Positions 39,245-49,157 of a DNA stretch of 64,000 bases are shown here, one piece after another; within the stretch, counting starts at the first letter, position 1, and every line of letters begins with the position of its first letter. Below the pieces are notes generated by a model. It worked only from the letters and a program-made list of their open reading frames with translations. It had not been told where the DNA came from and did no database searches. A program made the position numbers and the translations under genes. Origin of the DNA: an uncultured Spirochaetota bacterium (GTDB taxonomy: Bacteria; Spirochaetota; Brevinematia; Brevinematales; JAOACQ01). The stretch covers positions 1 through 64,000 of the forward strand of contig CAWAOD010000011.1 in assembly GCA_963783575.1 (NCBI GenBank). Direction: 5' to 3'.

Positions 39245-39435
39245 GGCCTAAACCCGACATAGCAGTCACCAGGTGCAAAGTAAAATTTTAATTCCAATAA
39301 AATCAACAAGATCCTATTATTGCTTTGGGGAATTTTTGCTTATTTTTGGATGTTTTGAAAATACTGTAATGTATTGTTAATAAATCAATTACAAGAATAT
39401 ATCGCCCCTGGTTGCAGCTATGGTGGGTCTAGGCC
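39245..39435. mobile_element. 191-bp MITE-like element
   Basis: Terminal imperfect IR GGCCTAAACCCGACATAGCAGTCACCAGGTGC / GGCCTAGACCCACCATAGCTGCAACCAGGGGC (25/32). No ORF and no TSD seen. Confidence 0.6.
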
Positions 39436-39594
39436 GAGATGGAATGGGAAGCCCTTCAGAAAGCTATAGATCAGGATTATCTTGTGAAGCAAGGAATGAT
39501 GATTGGACCTCTTGGAGAACTGAAGAAAGATAATGGAAGGACTATACTTCCAGCTGGTTTTAAGAGTGCAATAAAAAAATTGATAGGTAAATGA
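39436..39594 (+). pseudogene. Probable 3' gene remnant (EMEWEALQKAIDQDYLVKQGMMIGPLGELKKDNGRTILPAGFKSAIKKLIGK)
   Basis: Open frame starts immediately after the MITE-like IR and stops just before the next element. Confidence 0.4.
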
Positions 39595-39600
39595 TCAAGA

Positions 39601-39921
39601 GGGGTATCGCCAACGAAACCGACAAAAGTACCTCTAAGCTTGGACATGTTTCTGTAACTGATATTATTGCAATTAGTTAGAGATTATCTGCAGCAGTACC
39701 ATAAACCCTCGTTTTTGGGAAGAATTATATCTTATGGAAATTATAGCAATTTAAGCCTTATTTCAATCCCAAAACTAATACCATAATCTAATTAACGTAA
39801 TTACTCATATTTATTTTTTATGGAAAAAATAATATGTGTTAGCTTAAAGGTACAAATTTTTCATAGCACGGCCCTTTTATTCCTTTAGCGTGACTTTTGT
39901 CGGAAATGTTAGCGGTACCAC
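39601..39921. mobile_element. 321-bp degenerate Tn3-derived miniature element
   Basis: 38-bp ends GGGGTATCGCCAACGAAACCGACAAAAGTACCTCTAAG and (reverse complement) GTGGTACCGCTAACATTTCCGACAAAAGTCACGCTAAA, 27/38 identical. Tn3-type GGGG...CTAAG frame. No TSD. Confidence 0.7.
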
Positions 39922-40021
39922 TAAATCTATTGATAAAACTTCATATTATCAAAATAACCTTGTGCTTGAGCTGCCATTTTAAATTTTATTTCACTATAAT
40001 AATATAAAAATAAATTGTACA

Positions 40022-40068
40022 TATCACCCCTTATGGGTGATACGATCTCAGATCAACTATGTTATAAA
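40022..40068 (+). promoter_or_regulatory. Palindromic operator TATCACCC-N5-GGGTGATA with extended -10
   Basis: Perfect 8-bp arms. TG-n-TATAAA lies 20 nt downstream. The same arrangement occurs at 48429-48475 on the minus strand. Confidence 0.6.
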
Positions 40069-40202
40069 TTATATTACGAAATGAATTTACATCTGAAAAT
40101 TGTTGAATAAATATTCAGAATTTAATTTTCAACTCATTTTGAAATAATATAAGGAGTTAGAAATGAGTAAATCATATAGCATAGAATAAAGGAGGAAGAG
40201 TT

Positions 40203-40352
40203 ATGGAATTTTTAAAGGCTGGAATTCTCACAATTATCCTCATCGTTGTAATTGGCGTTGTAAATGCCTTTACGGTTGGTTTTGCAGAATTAAAAATTAC
40301 CGATCATAACAGCAATCCCGTGTCTGATGTTAGCATTCAACTTGTGAAGAAT
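40203..40352 (+). pseudogene. 5' half of a small secreted-protein gene interrupted by the Tn3 element
   Basis: AAGGAGG RBS and signal-peptide-like N-terminus. The frame continues at 47272 once the transposon and one TSD copy are removed. Confidence 0.85.
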
Positions 40353-40433
40353 GGGGGGACCGCAGAATTCGGGAAAAATAGCACGCTAAGGAAAATTTAT
40401 AAACACTAACTTATACATGGTGAGCAATTTTTA

Positions 40434-40754
40434 TTAAAACGTTAGAACTTTATCTGCCCATTCAACCATTTTTACACAATCAACCATCGTTGACAAAGGG
40501 CAGGCTTCCGACCCTTCTTTATTTCTTAATTTTAAACATGTACCGCAAGCAAGTATTTCACCACCCTCCCGGACAAATATTTTTAACTGCTCATCGACAT
40601 TATATTTTTCATCGATTAAACCTTCACATTCTAAAGCTTCACCCATAAGAAATACCTTGACTTCATGTCCATTCTTTTTTGATGCTACCGCAAAACGAAA
40701 AGCATTCCAGGCTTTTTCAAATTCTTTTGTTTCAAGAATTATTCCAAACTTCAT
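40434..40754 (-). CDS. DsrE/DsrF-like family protein (sulfur relay)
   Basis: 106 aa with VKVFLMGEA, ILACGTC and WADKVLTF. Confidence 0.85.
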   Translation of the reverse strand: MKFGIILETKEFEKAWNAFRFAVASKKNGHEVKVFLMGEALECEGLIDEKYNVDEQLKIFVREGGEILACGTCLKLRNKEGSEACPLSTMVDCVKMVEWADKVLTF

Positions 40755-40819
40755 ACTTTTCTCCTTTGATTATTATAAAATAAGATGTATCCTTGTTGAC
40801 AGTATTCCAATATGATTGA

Positions 40820-42095
40820 TCAATAAGCCGGCGTTGGGACATTTTCCCAGGCAGTGGATTTTTTTACAATTTTCAGGTTTACTATTTCACCGGTCCTTGT
40901 ATCAATATCGGCATAAAACGAAGGTGTTTTGATCGTATTAAAAGACATTAATTGTTTACCCTGAATATGGTTTGTATCGATGTTTTGTATTTCAGTGAAT
41001 ATTACTCTCCTGTAAGGACATGCATTGCAATTAAGAGATTGATCGTTGATTCCCAAAGGGCAATGATGTCTCCTGGCGACTGCGGGATCGACATGGTTTA
41101 TCAGAGCCATGTTTAAAGCAGGCGTTGCCCGCAAGTGCTGAAAAGGATGTAAAATCCAATCGTTAATTAAAGAAACAGTGTGATGCTGTTTATATAAATG
41201 AAAATTTTCCTCGGTATCGGCTATCATTCCCTGCATGATGTAATCGACGGGCATCAGATAACCAAGATATTCTTTATTTTCTTCTAATTGATCAATCTTG
41301 CCCTTTGTATGGTCTTTTTCCAGTTCATCTGCCACTATCGTCATTAATCTGGAATCTTCGGGCAGCATCGATACAAGGCTAAAATTGTTCATTGATGCTA
41401 TTTTCAGGGAATTCAATGTAATATTGTAAAGGGCAAAACCTGAAATCATAACGACAATTACAAGCGATAATGGGATTATTATATTTTTAAGGATTTTATT
41501 CGGGATTAATGTGTCAATAGGCCTGAACCATTTATCAATGAATATCGGGAAAAACATGCCTGTTTTTCCCATGTATTTTTTATAACTGTCGCCATATTGA
41601 TTCAACATCCTCCTTTCTTCGTCTTTGGCAAGGAAATAATAAATAATAAACATAATCGATAAAGTCGACAGGACAATAAATCTCGGCCACAATATGCTCA
41701 TTCCTATCCCCCACAACGCGAGCGAAAGGTATTGAGGATGACGTATTATTTTATATATTCCCTTGTCCGCTATACCCCATTTAAATATCTTTCCCAAATA
41801 AACCTGCAGCGCGCATATAATAAAAGATAAAAGACCGAGGACAAATAAAAAAGAACCCGCAATCCGGACTGATTTCAGGAAAATAGTCGGGGGCAATATC
41901 ATATGCGGTAAAAAGAAAGATGTCAGCCACCTTGTCGAAGAGTATTGGCCCAGGAAATTAAATATTGGATTGAAAACAGAGTAAAAGAAAAACGCAAAAG
42001 GGCTTATCATGATCCATGAATTCAAAAGCCATGATAAAAAATACTACTATCCCACCGTCGGCGAAAATCCTGGCGATAATTCCCTTGTTATTCAT
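40820..42095 (-). CDS. Membrane protein with isoprenylcysteine/phospholipid methyltransferase-like domain and a Cys/His-containing C-terminal domain
   Basis: GIYKIIRHPQY and EE motifs. AGGAGG RBS with ATG at 42095. One extra base near 42015 shifts the frame. Confidence 0.75.
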
Positions 42096-42132
42096 ATGAA
42101 TCCTCCTGATATTTGATAATCATTATCAAGGC

Positions 42133-42519
42133 TTATCTTGAAAGTTTAATAAAAGATGTCCAGGAAATATAGGCGCCCATAACTATTACAAATAAGCCGA
42201 ATGCAAACCTTAAATAAGTAGTATTGATCTTTAAAGCAATTTTTGAACATATCCATGCTGAAATAAGGAGTGAAACCGCTATTATAATGCCGGCTTTGAT
42301 ATCGACATGACCGTTATTATAGTATTCAATAACCGATGCGATACTGACTGGTAATAGAAGTACAAAGAGGTTGGTTCCTACAGCCGTCTGCTGTGAAAAA
42401 CCGATAAAATATACCAAAGCCGGAATAACAATTAACCCTCCCACGAGGCCGAAGAAACCGGTCGTAGCACCTGAAGCAATACCGATCAAAATTAATAAAA
42501 TATATTGATTAAAATTCAT
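42133..42519 (-). CDS. Half-size TauE/SafE (TSUP) family membrane protein
   Basis: GFFGLVGGLIVIPAL and AVGTNL motifs; about four TM segments. Confidence 0.85.
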   Translation of the reverse strand: MNFNQYILLILIGIASGATTGFFGLVGGLIVIPALVYFIGFSQQTAVGTNLFVLLLPVSIASVIEYYNNGHVDIKAGIIIAVSLLISAWICSKIALKINTTYLRFAFGLFVIVMGAYISWTSFIKLSR

Positions 42520-42859
42520 AAAACGACTCATAAGCGGTATGAAGCATGGTATTTCCGGTTATAATGCCGGCTATCAGCATCGTTTGTATAATTTCATCTT
42601 CGCTGACGCCCGTTTTTTTTGCCTCTTCAATTTTTGTGTGAATACAATGGTCCGCTTTAAGCACTACTGTCGCAGTAAGAGAAATCAAAGCTTTTTCTCT
42701 TTCATTAAGGGTTCCATTTTCAAAAACCAGATGGTTATAAGATATGAATTTTTCAACTGTTCCAGATCTCTTTTCCATAAGTTTCAAGGGATTGGAAACC
42801 CAGCCGTTTTCCATTTCAATTTTGGAAATAATTTCTTTGTCCCTATTCATGTTTTCCAC
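42509..42859 (-). CDS. Carboxymuconolactone decarboxylase/AhpD-like protein
   Basis: LNEREKALISL...HC...AKKTGVSEDEI. GGAGG RBS with GTG start. Confidence 0.8.
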   Translation of the reverse strand: MENMNRDKEIISKIEMENGWVSNPLKLMEKRSGTVEKFISYNHLVFENGTLNEREKALISLTATVVLKADHCIHTKIEEAKKTGVSEDEIIQTMLIAGIITGNTMLHTAYESFYEF

Positions 42860-42871
42860 AAATAGCCTCCT

Positions 42872-43009
42872 TTAAATTATTTTATTAGTATCGCATGGAT
42901 GTTCTTTTACATCGCCATGACATTCTGCAATTTGCTTTTCATCGCATTCCGTATTTTCAGGTCTTGATTCAGGTTGTTTGCAGTTGCAATCACAATTACA
43001 TTTTTCCAT
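42872..43009 (-). CDS. 45-aa Cys/His-rich peptide
   Basis: AGGAGG RBS. MEKCNCDCNCKQPESRPENTECDEKQIAECHGDVKEHPCDTNKII. Overlaps the arsR-family stop. Confidence 0.7.
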   Translation of the reverse strand: MEKCNCDCNCKQPESRPENTECDEKQIAECHGDVKEHPCDTNKII

Positions 43010-43346
43010 TAGTTTCCTCCTTTTTATGACAGGGTTTATTTTCGTCTCGCTTATCTGAACAAGAACCATTACATTGTCGATCCTGTGATGCGGTCTTTAT
43101 GATTTTATCAGCAGTATCTTTTAACACATCCTTGTCCGCATAATAATGTGTAAAATATCCTCTTTTCTCGCCTTTGATGACACCGGCTTTTCTCAGCACT
43201 TGAAGGTGCTGGGAAACGGCTGCTTCTGAAATACCAAGATTATTTGCCAGGGCACCTACACAAAGGTCATTGGTCAACAGAAGATTCAGGATTTTCATAC
43301 GTGTTTCATCAGATAAAGCCTTTAAAACTTCAAGTAATTGATCCAC
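42996..43346 (-). CDS. ArsR/SmtB family transcriptional regulator
   Basis: LKALSDETRMKIL, LCVGALA and VSQHLQVLR motifs. GAGGTG RBS with GTG start. Confidence 0.9.
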   Translation of the reverse strand: MDQLLEVLKALSDETRMKILNLLLTNDLCVGALANNLGISEAAVSQHLQVLRKAGVIKGEKRGYFTHYYADKDVLKDTADKIIKTASQDRQCNGSCSDKRDENKPCHKKEETNGKM

Positions 43347-43479
43347 TAAATACACCTCATTTTGATTAAATATATACTTATCTATATAATAATACACTTA
43401 AATAAATGTGTCAATGAAATACGATGAAAATATTGAAGGAAGAATTAGTAAGGTAAAAATATTTCATTAACCAAAAAAT

Positions 43480-43590
43480 CACGTTGCTAAAACATACTAA
43501 AATAGCAACATGAGGGGTCTTAAAAGGCATTGCACCCCAATAAAAAATATTGACAGGAGGGCCAAAACCGGTTAATATGTTGCTATAATA
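43480..43590. promoter_or_regulatory. Candidate resolution site and promoter of the recombinase
   Basis: GTTGCTA motif three times (~43483, inverted ~43503, ~43579). TTGACA at 43550. Confidence 0.4.
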
Positions 43591-43611
43591 ATGAAATGGC
43601 AAGAGGTAACC

Positions 43612-44257
43612 ATGAGCCAATACCCCGAAAAATTACCCTCCACAGAAACCGATTCCCAGGACCAGGAACACGGCGACTGGTACGACGGGGAAACAATCAA
43701 ATATTTTTCCATTGATGAAGCGGACAAGATCCTCTCCTTGGTCTCCGAGTGGTATCAACTTATCTATCTCTTCCTGTTCGAAACAGCGACCCGTATCCAG
43801 GAGGCCAGAGCAGTCCGGATTCGGGACATCGATTTTCGAAACAACACTCTCCGTGCGAATACCCTTAAGCAAAGAAAAGAAGCCTTTCGGATTATTCCTA
43901 TCTCCGACCGGCTCAAATCAATGATCCTCATGCACCAGGTTGCTGACGGCCTGACTTCCGAAGATTTTGTTCTTGCAAGGAAGCCGGGTCTGAACCCCAT
44001 TTCACGGCAGGTGATCCATGCAAGACATGATCCGGCACTGTAAAAAACTCGGTATAGAGAGAGACAAGGTTTCCCCCCATACCTGGAGGCATACCAGGGC
44101 GATCCAGCTCCTTGAATCCGGAGAGGTGGACGTGGTGCGCCTGAAAGACTTTCTGGGTCATCGTAGCCTCGCTTCAATCCTCGTCTACGTCAAATTCTCA
44201 AACAAGCATGTAAACGAGGCCGTACAGAGGGCAAATTTGAAATTGGGTCTAAGATAG
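43612..44257 (+). CDS. Tyrosine recombinase, catalytic domain only (putative TnpI-like resolvase), frameshift at ~44021
   Basis: TATRIQE (R), HTWRHT (HxxR), LGH and downstream Y. Lies inside the Tn3 IRs, 11 nt before tnpA. Confidence 0.9.
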
Positions 44258-44268
44258 GAGAATAGACA

Positions 44269-47233
44269 ATGACTTATCAACCGATTTTATCCGATACGGA
44301 ACGCTCCGGGCTTCTCGCTTTTCCGGATAATCAGGACGACTTAATACGTTACTACACTTTTAATGAAACCGACCTGTCGCTGATCCGGCAGCGTAGGGGA
44401 AACCCAAACCGGATAGGATTTGCAGTACAATTAGCCCTATTCCGTTACCCTGGAGTTGCCTTATCCGACGAGTTGAATGTCACTGAGCCGGTCCTTCAGT
44501 GGATCGGTCAACAGATTGGCGTCGATCCTTCCGAGTGGCCGAATTACGCCCTCAGGGATCAGACTCGCCGAGAACACTACCAGGAACTTCGAACCTATCT
44601 CCTATTGGATACTTTGGGATAACTCATTTCCGGTATTTGGTGAGTGCAATAACTGATCTGGCCATGCAGACAGACAAGGGGTTACTGCTTGCTTCGCATA
44701 CGATGGATATCCTTCGGGAAAAGCGGATTATCCTACCGTCATTAAATGTGATCGAACGAATTTGTGTAAAAGCCATTGTGAACGTGAACCGGCGAATCTA
44801 CCGGATCTTGGTGGAACTATTGTCTCTATCTCAAAAAGAAAATCTTGACGGGCTGTTAAAGTTAAAGCCGGAAAGCAGCATTACCTGGCTGGTCTGGCTG
44901 AGGCAGTCACCGTTCAAACCGAATTCTTACCATATTCTGGAACACATCGAGAGGTTAAAAACCTTTCAGTCTTTTCCACTTCCGGAAGGGATAGGCCGTC
45001 TTATCCATCAAAATCGTCTCTTGAAGATCGCTCGGGAAGGTGCTCAAATGACTCCACAGGACCTGGCTAAATTCTCGGATGACAGGCGGTTTGCAACCCT
45101 TGTTGCGCTGGTCCTGGAAGGAACCGCCACGGTCACGGATGAGCTAATCGACCTCCATGACAGGGTGATGATGAAGCTCTTCAGTACCGCCAGGAACAAG
45201 CACAACAAGCATTTCCAAAGCCAGGGAAGGGCGATAAACGATAAAGTTAGGCTGTATTCGAAAATTGGCCATGCGATCCTGGAAGCCAAATATAAGGGTG
45301 AGGATCCTTATACTGCAATCGAGGCGGTCATCCCGTGGGATGATTTTACCCGAAGCGTCGTAGAGGCCGAGACTCTCGCGGAACCAGAAGCTTTCGATCA
45401 TCTGTATCTGATCGGCGAACAATTCAGCACCTTGCGCCGCTACACGCCGGAGTTACTGGAAGTCATTCAGTTCCGCGCTGTTCCGGCTGCTCAATGTGTT
45501 CTGGACGCGATCGAGGTTTAAAAGGGATGAACCGGAGTAATTCCCGGAGGATCCCGCTGGGCGCGACAACTGATTTTATTAAGCCCCGGTGGAAATCCCT
45601 GATTTTCACGGATGATGGGATAGACCGCCGTTTCTATGAAATATGCGCTCTTTCTGAATTGAAAAACTCCCTCAGGTCGGGAGACATATGGGTTAAAGGA
45701 TCCCGCCAGTTCAGGGACTTCGATGAATATCTGATGCCAATGGAGAAATTTCGGGTTCTTCAAAAGGCTGGAGAATTACCGATTGAAATCGAATCCAAAT
45801 TTGATAAATATATAAAAACCCGAATGGAATTATTGGAAGATCAACTATCCACGGTCAGCCGGTTAGCAGCGGTCAATGAACTGCCTGACGCGATTATTAC
45901 CGAATCGGGGCTTAAAATTACTCCGCAGGATACTGTGGTACCCGATGCTGCTCAGGTATTAATTGATCAGACTGGAATGTTGTTGCCTCGAATCAAGATC
46001 ACCGAACTGCTTATGGACGTCGACGACTGGACGGGATTCACCCGGTATTTCGTCCATTTAAAGGATGGAGAAGCCGCAAAAGACAGGACATTACTTCTGA
46101 CCGTAATCCTGGCCGATGCCATCAATTTAGGGCTGACAAAAATGGCTGAGTCATGCCCTGGTGTTACCTATTCAAAGTTATCCTGGCTTCAAGCTTGGCA
46201 CATTCGCGATGACACATATTCCGCGGCTTTGGCCGAACTGGTCAATGCGCAGTTCAGGCGCTCTTTTGCCGGGAACTGGGGGGATGGAACAACTTCTTCC
46301 TCAGATGGGCAGCGCTTCCGTGCCAGTGGGAAAGCGGAAACGAGCGGGCACATTAACCCTAAGTACGGAAGCGAACCGGGCAGGCTGTTTTATACTCACA
46401 TCTCCGATCAATACGTGCCGTTCAGCTCCAGGGTGGTCAATGTCGGTATCCGGGATTCCACTTGCGTGCTCGATGGGCTTCTCTATCATGAGTCGGATTT
46501 AAGGATCAAAGAGCACTATACAGATACTGCCGGTTTCACTGATCATGTATTCGCTCTCTTGCATTTACTCGGGTTTCGATTTGCACCAAGGATCCGCGAT
46601 CTGAAGGACACCAAATTGTATGTCCCGGATTATAATAAAAAATATGAGGCCCTGGGACCAATGATTGGCGGCAGCATTAACATTAAGCATATCCGCAACC
46701 ATTTGGATGATGTTCTTCGTCTGGCGGCATCGATCAAACATGGGACCGTAACCGCCTCGTTGATGATCCGTAAATTGGGTAGTTTTCCTCGCCAGAATGG
46801 GCTTGCAATTGCCCTCCGGGAGCTGGGCCGCATCGAGCGCACTCTATTTATACTCGATTGGCTCCAAAGTGTCGAATTAAGAAGGCGTGTTCACGCCGGC
46901 TTGAATAAGGGAGAAGCCCGGAATGCCTTGTCAAGGGCCGTTTTCTTCAACCGATTGGGAGAAATCCGCGATCGAAGTTTTGAACAGCAACGATATCGAG
47001 CAAGCGGCCTGAATCTTGTAACCGCTGCTATTGTGTTGTGGAATACTGTTTATCTTGAACGTGCAACAGATTCACTAATGGAAAACGGAGGCGCCGTAGA
47101 TAATGATTTACTTCAATACCTTTCTCCTCTGGGGTGGGAGCATATAAACCTGACCGGTGATTATATTTGGTCACAAGAAAAGAAGCTGGAGAAGGAAAAT
47201 TTACGGCCGCTCCGGACTACTGAGAAACCTTAG
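44269..47233 (+). CDS. tnpA: Tn3-family DDE transposase (frameshifts at ~44610 and ~45518)
   Basis: [31 protein letters not shown] and [15 protein letters not shown]. The stop lies within the right IR. Confidence 0.97.
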
Positions 47234-47271
47234 CGTGCTATTTTTCCCGAATTCTGCGTTCACCCCAGAAT

Positions 47272-47454
47272 GAACAAGTTATCTTTTCAGACGAAACGGG
47301 GCCGGCAGGAGTCGTACAGTGGTCAAGTGATAAAGTACCCGCACAGCGTTATATCGTACACATTATAAAAGATAAGTATTATTTTTCGATGAGTTTAAAA
47401 TCGAAATATAATGACGGAGGGTGGGTGTTTTACAAGTATAAGCTAAATGAATAA
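47272..47454 (+). pseudogene. 3' half of the gene starting at 40203
   Basis: In-frame EQVIFSDETGPAGVVQWSSDKVPAQRYIVHIIKDKYYFSMSLKSKYNDGGWVFYKYKLNE*. Confidence 0.85.
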
Positions 47455-47561
47455 CTAAAACGTAACAGACTAATTCAATAATTAAACTTAAAAATATTGT
47501 TCATATTTTATGTTAATGGTAGTATATAGATTTTTCAATAAAGATAGGAGGGTTATTGTAT

Positions 47562-47909
47562 ATGTCAAAAATAAAAATATTATCAACCATTCTGCTTTTG
47601 ACTATAAGCAGTATTTCCATCCTGAATGTACAAACTAATCCAAATTATAGCCGAAGCATGATACGTGTCACATTTAAATCTTTTCCTTATCTCGATGACC
47701 CAGCTGGAATTTCTTATAACAGTTATGGTCAACTTGGTGATTTATCTGCATATGTTTTACGTATTTACGCTAAGGCAGCTTTGAACCCCTATATTTCCGC
47801 AATGGAGCAGTCGGAAAAGATGCTCGGGGTCGGTAATATAAGTGGTGTGACAGTGTTACCAGACTCTAAAATATTTGGCAAAATTCTAGTAGTACTTGTT
47901 AAAAGATAA
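47562..47909 (+). pseudogene. Secreted hypothetical protein, apparently truncated by a Tn7-like end
   Basis: AGGAGG RBS and signal-peptide-like start. The stop codon falls inside the TGTTAAAAGATAA end at 47897. Confidence 0.55.
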
Positions 47910-48131
47910 AAAAGTTGGAAACTAGATGTCTTGATTTATCAATGTTTTTGGGTATTTTATTATTTTTAATCTAAATATAAAGTTGGAAACTATTAGAACT
48001 TCAACATCCAAATATACTCATAAAACGAATAAAAAAGTTGGAAACTTTACTCAATAAATTATTTAAAAGCCATAAACACTTAGCAGTTTCAAACTATTTT
48101 GTTCAGATCCCAACTTTTTTTTCTATCTACA
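47897..48131. mobile_element. Pair of inward-facing Tn7-like ends (235 bp)
   Basis: TGTTAAAAGATAAAAAAGTTGGAAACT with three spaced AAAGTTGGAAACT sites. Opposite end (reverse complement) TGTAGATAGAAAAAAAAGTTGGGATCTGAACAAAATAGTTTGAAACT. Confidence 0.7.
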
Positions 48132-48254
48132 TCTCGCTATTTTTCCAACAAGACTAATTATACTCTGAAGTATGTTCATTTTCAGGTAACTAGGATCAAT
48201 ACCCTTCGTCTCCGGGTAGCCTATGGAATAGAGTGCTGCGATGAAAGGGACAAT

Positions 48255-48606
48255 TGTTGACGGACAAAAAAGTTGGAAACTTTACTCAATAATTTTTTTA
48301 AAAGCCATAAACAGTTAGCAGTGGTAGGCTTTACAATATTGTTTTATCGCTATCTGGCCAGTCTGCTGCCGATCGGATTCAACAAAATAATACTAATGAA
48401 TTTTAAGAGATTTTTGAAACAGCTTAATATTATAGCACAATTAATTTGAAATCGTATCACCCATGAGGGGTGATACGGGTGAAATTTTGTATTAAATATA
48501 TGGTGTGGTGTTGAGATATATAATCGGCTGTAATTATGAAAACCTTGTAAAATCAATGCTATCTGCAACTTTATTTTTCATTCTACTACTTTTTTATCTG
48601 TGGACA
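48255..48606. mobile_element. Pair of inward-facing Tn7-like ends (352 bp)
   Basis: TGTTGACGGACAAAAAAGTTGGAAACT and (reverse complement) TGTCCACAGATAAAAAAGTAGTAGAATGAAAAATAAAGTTGCAGAT. Confidence 0.7.
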
Positions 48607-48749
48607 AGTTAGTACCATATTTCTTCCCAGTTTAACTCACCGGGATTTTTTCGTACATTTTTCGAGTACATTTTTTAATATGAGACAACGAAACGTTTTC
48701 GACTACTTTAATTATAAAGTAATTCGGGGGTTTATTCACTTCAATTCAA

Positions 48750-49149
48750 GCTCTTCGGGCTGTTTGCCATAAACAATACTATTCATTTCAAGCCCCGGAA
48801 GATTATTGGGAATCAAATACCGGACTTAATTATTTCCGGTGAGGAAGTCGGATCGGCGGAAAAAGTTGCGCCGGTTAAGATCCTGGAGGCGTGGATGAAG
48901 CGCACCGGGAAATACAAGGTTCTGAATAAAGAGAAAGATCCCCGGTATTCTTTGGACGGCTCAATTATGCAATATAACAGGAGCAGCGGGTTCTTCTGCT
49001 TTAACGGCGCACCGCTGCAGCCTATTAATGATAATGAAGCGGTGATTATGGGGCTGGGCAGGGAACTGGGTGATATAATACAAGCTACGAATACCATAGA
49101 TGGAGAGAAAATATTTTTCAACGGTTACGAGATGATAAAAGAGAAATAA
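48750..49149 (+). pseudogene. 3' remnant of a larger gene, possibly the C-terminal domain of a serine hydrolase
   Basis: Protein-like frame ...ILEAWMKRTGKY...AVIMGLGRELGD...FNGYEMIKEK with no proper start. Family guess is from recall only. Confidence 0.35.
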
Positions 49150-49157
49150 AAACAAAT

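Larger units (their letters stand above)
40353..47266 (+). mobile_element. Tn3-family transposon, 6914 bp
   Basis: 38-bp IRs at 40353-40390 and 47229-47266 (36/38 identical, GGGG...CGCAGAATTCGGGAAAAATAGCACGCTAAG). 5-bp TSD AGAAT at 40348-40352 and 47267-47271. Confidence 0.97.

Noticed and set aside
43612..44257. Integron integrase or phage integrase
   Set aside because: No IntI-specific insertion, attC sites or phage genes. It lies inside Tn3 IRs coupled to tnpA.
43990..45530. Programmed frameshifting in the recombinase and tnpA
   Set aside because: Not known for Tn3 TnpA, no consistent slippery motif, and the background indel rate explains it.
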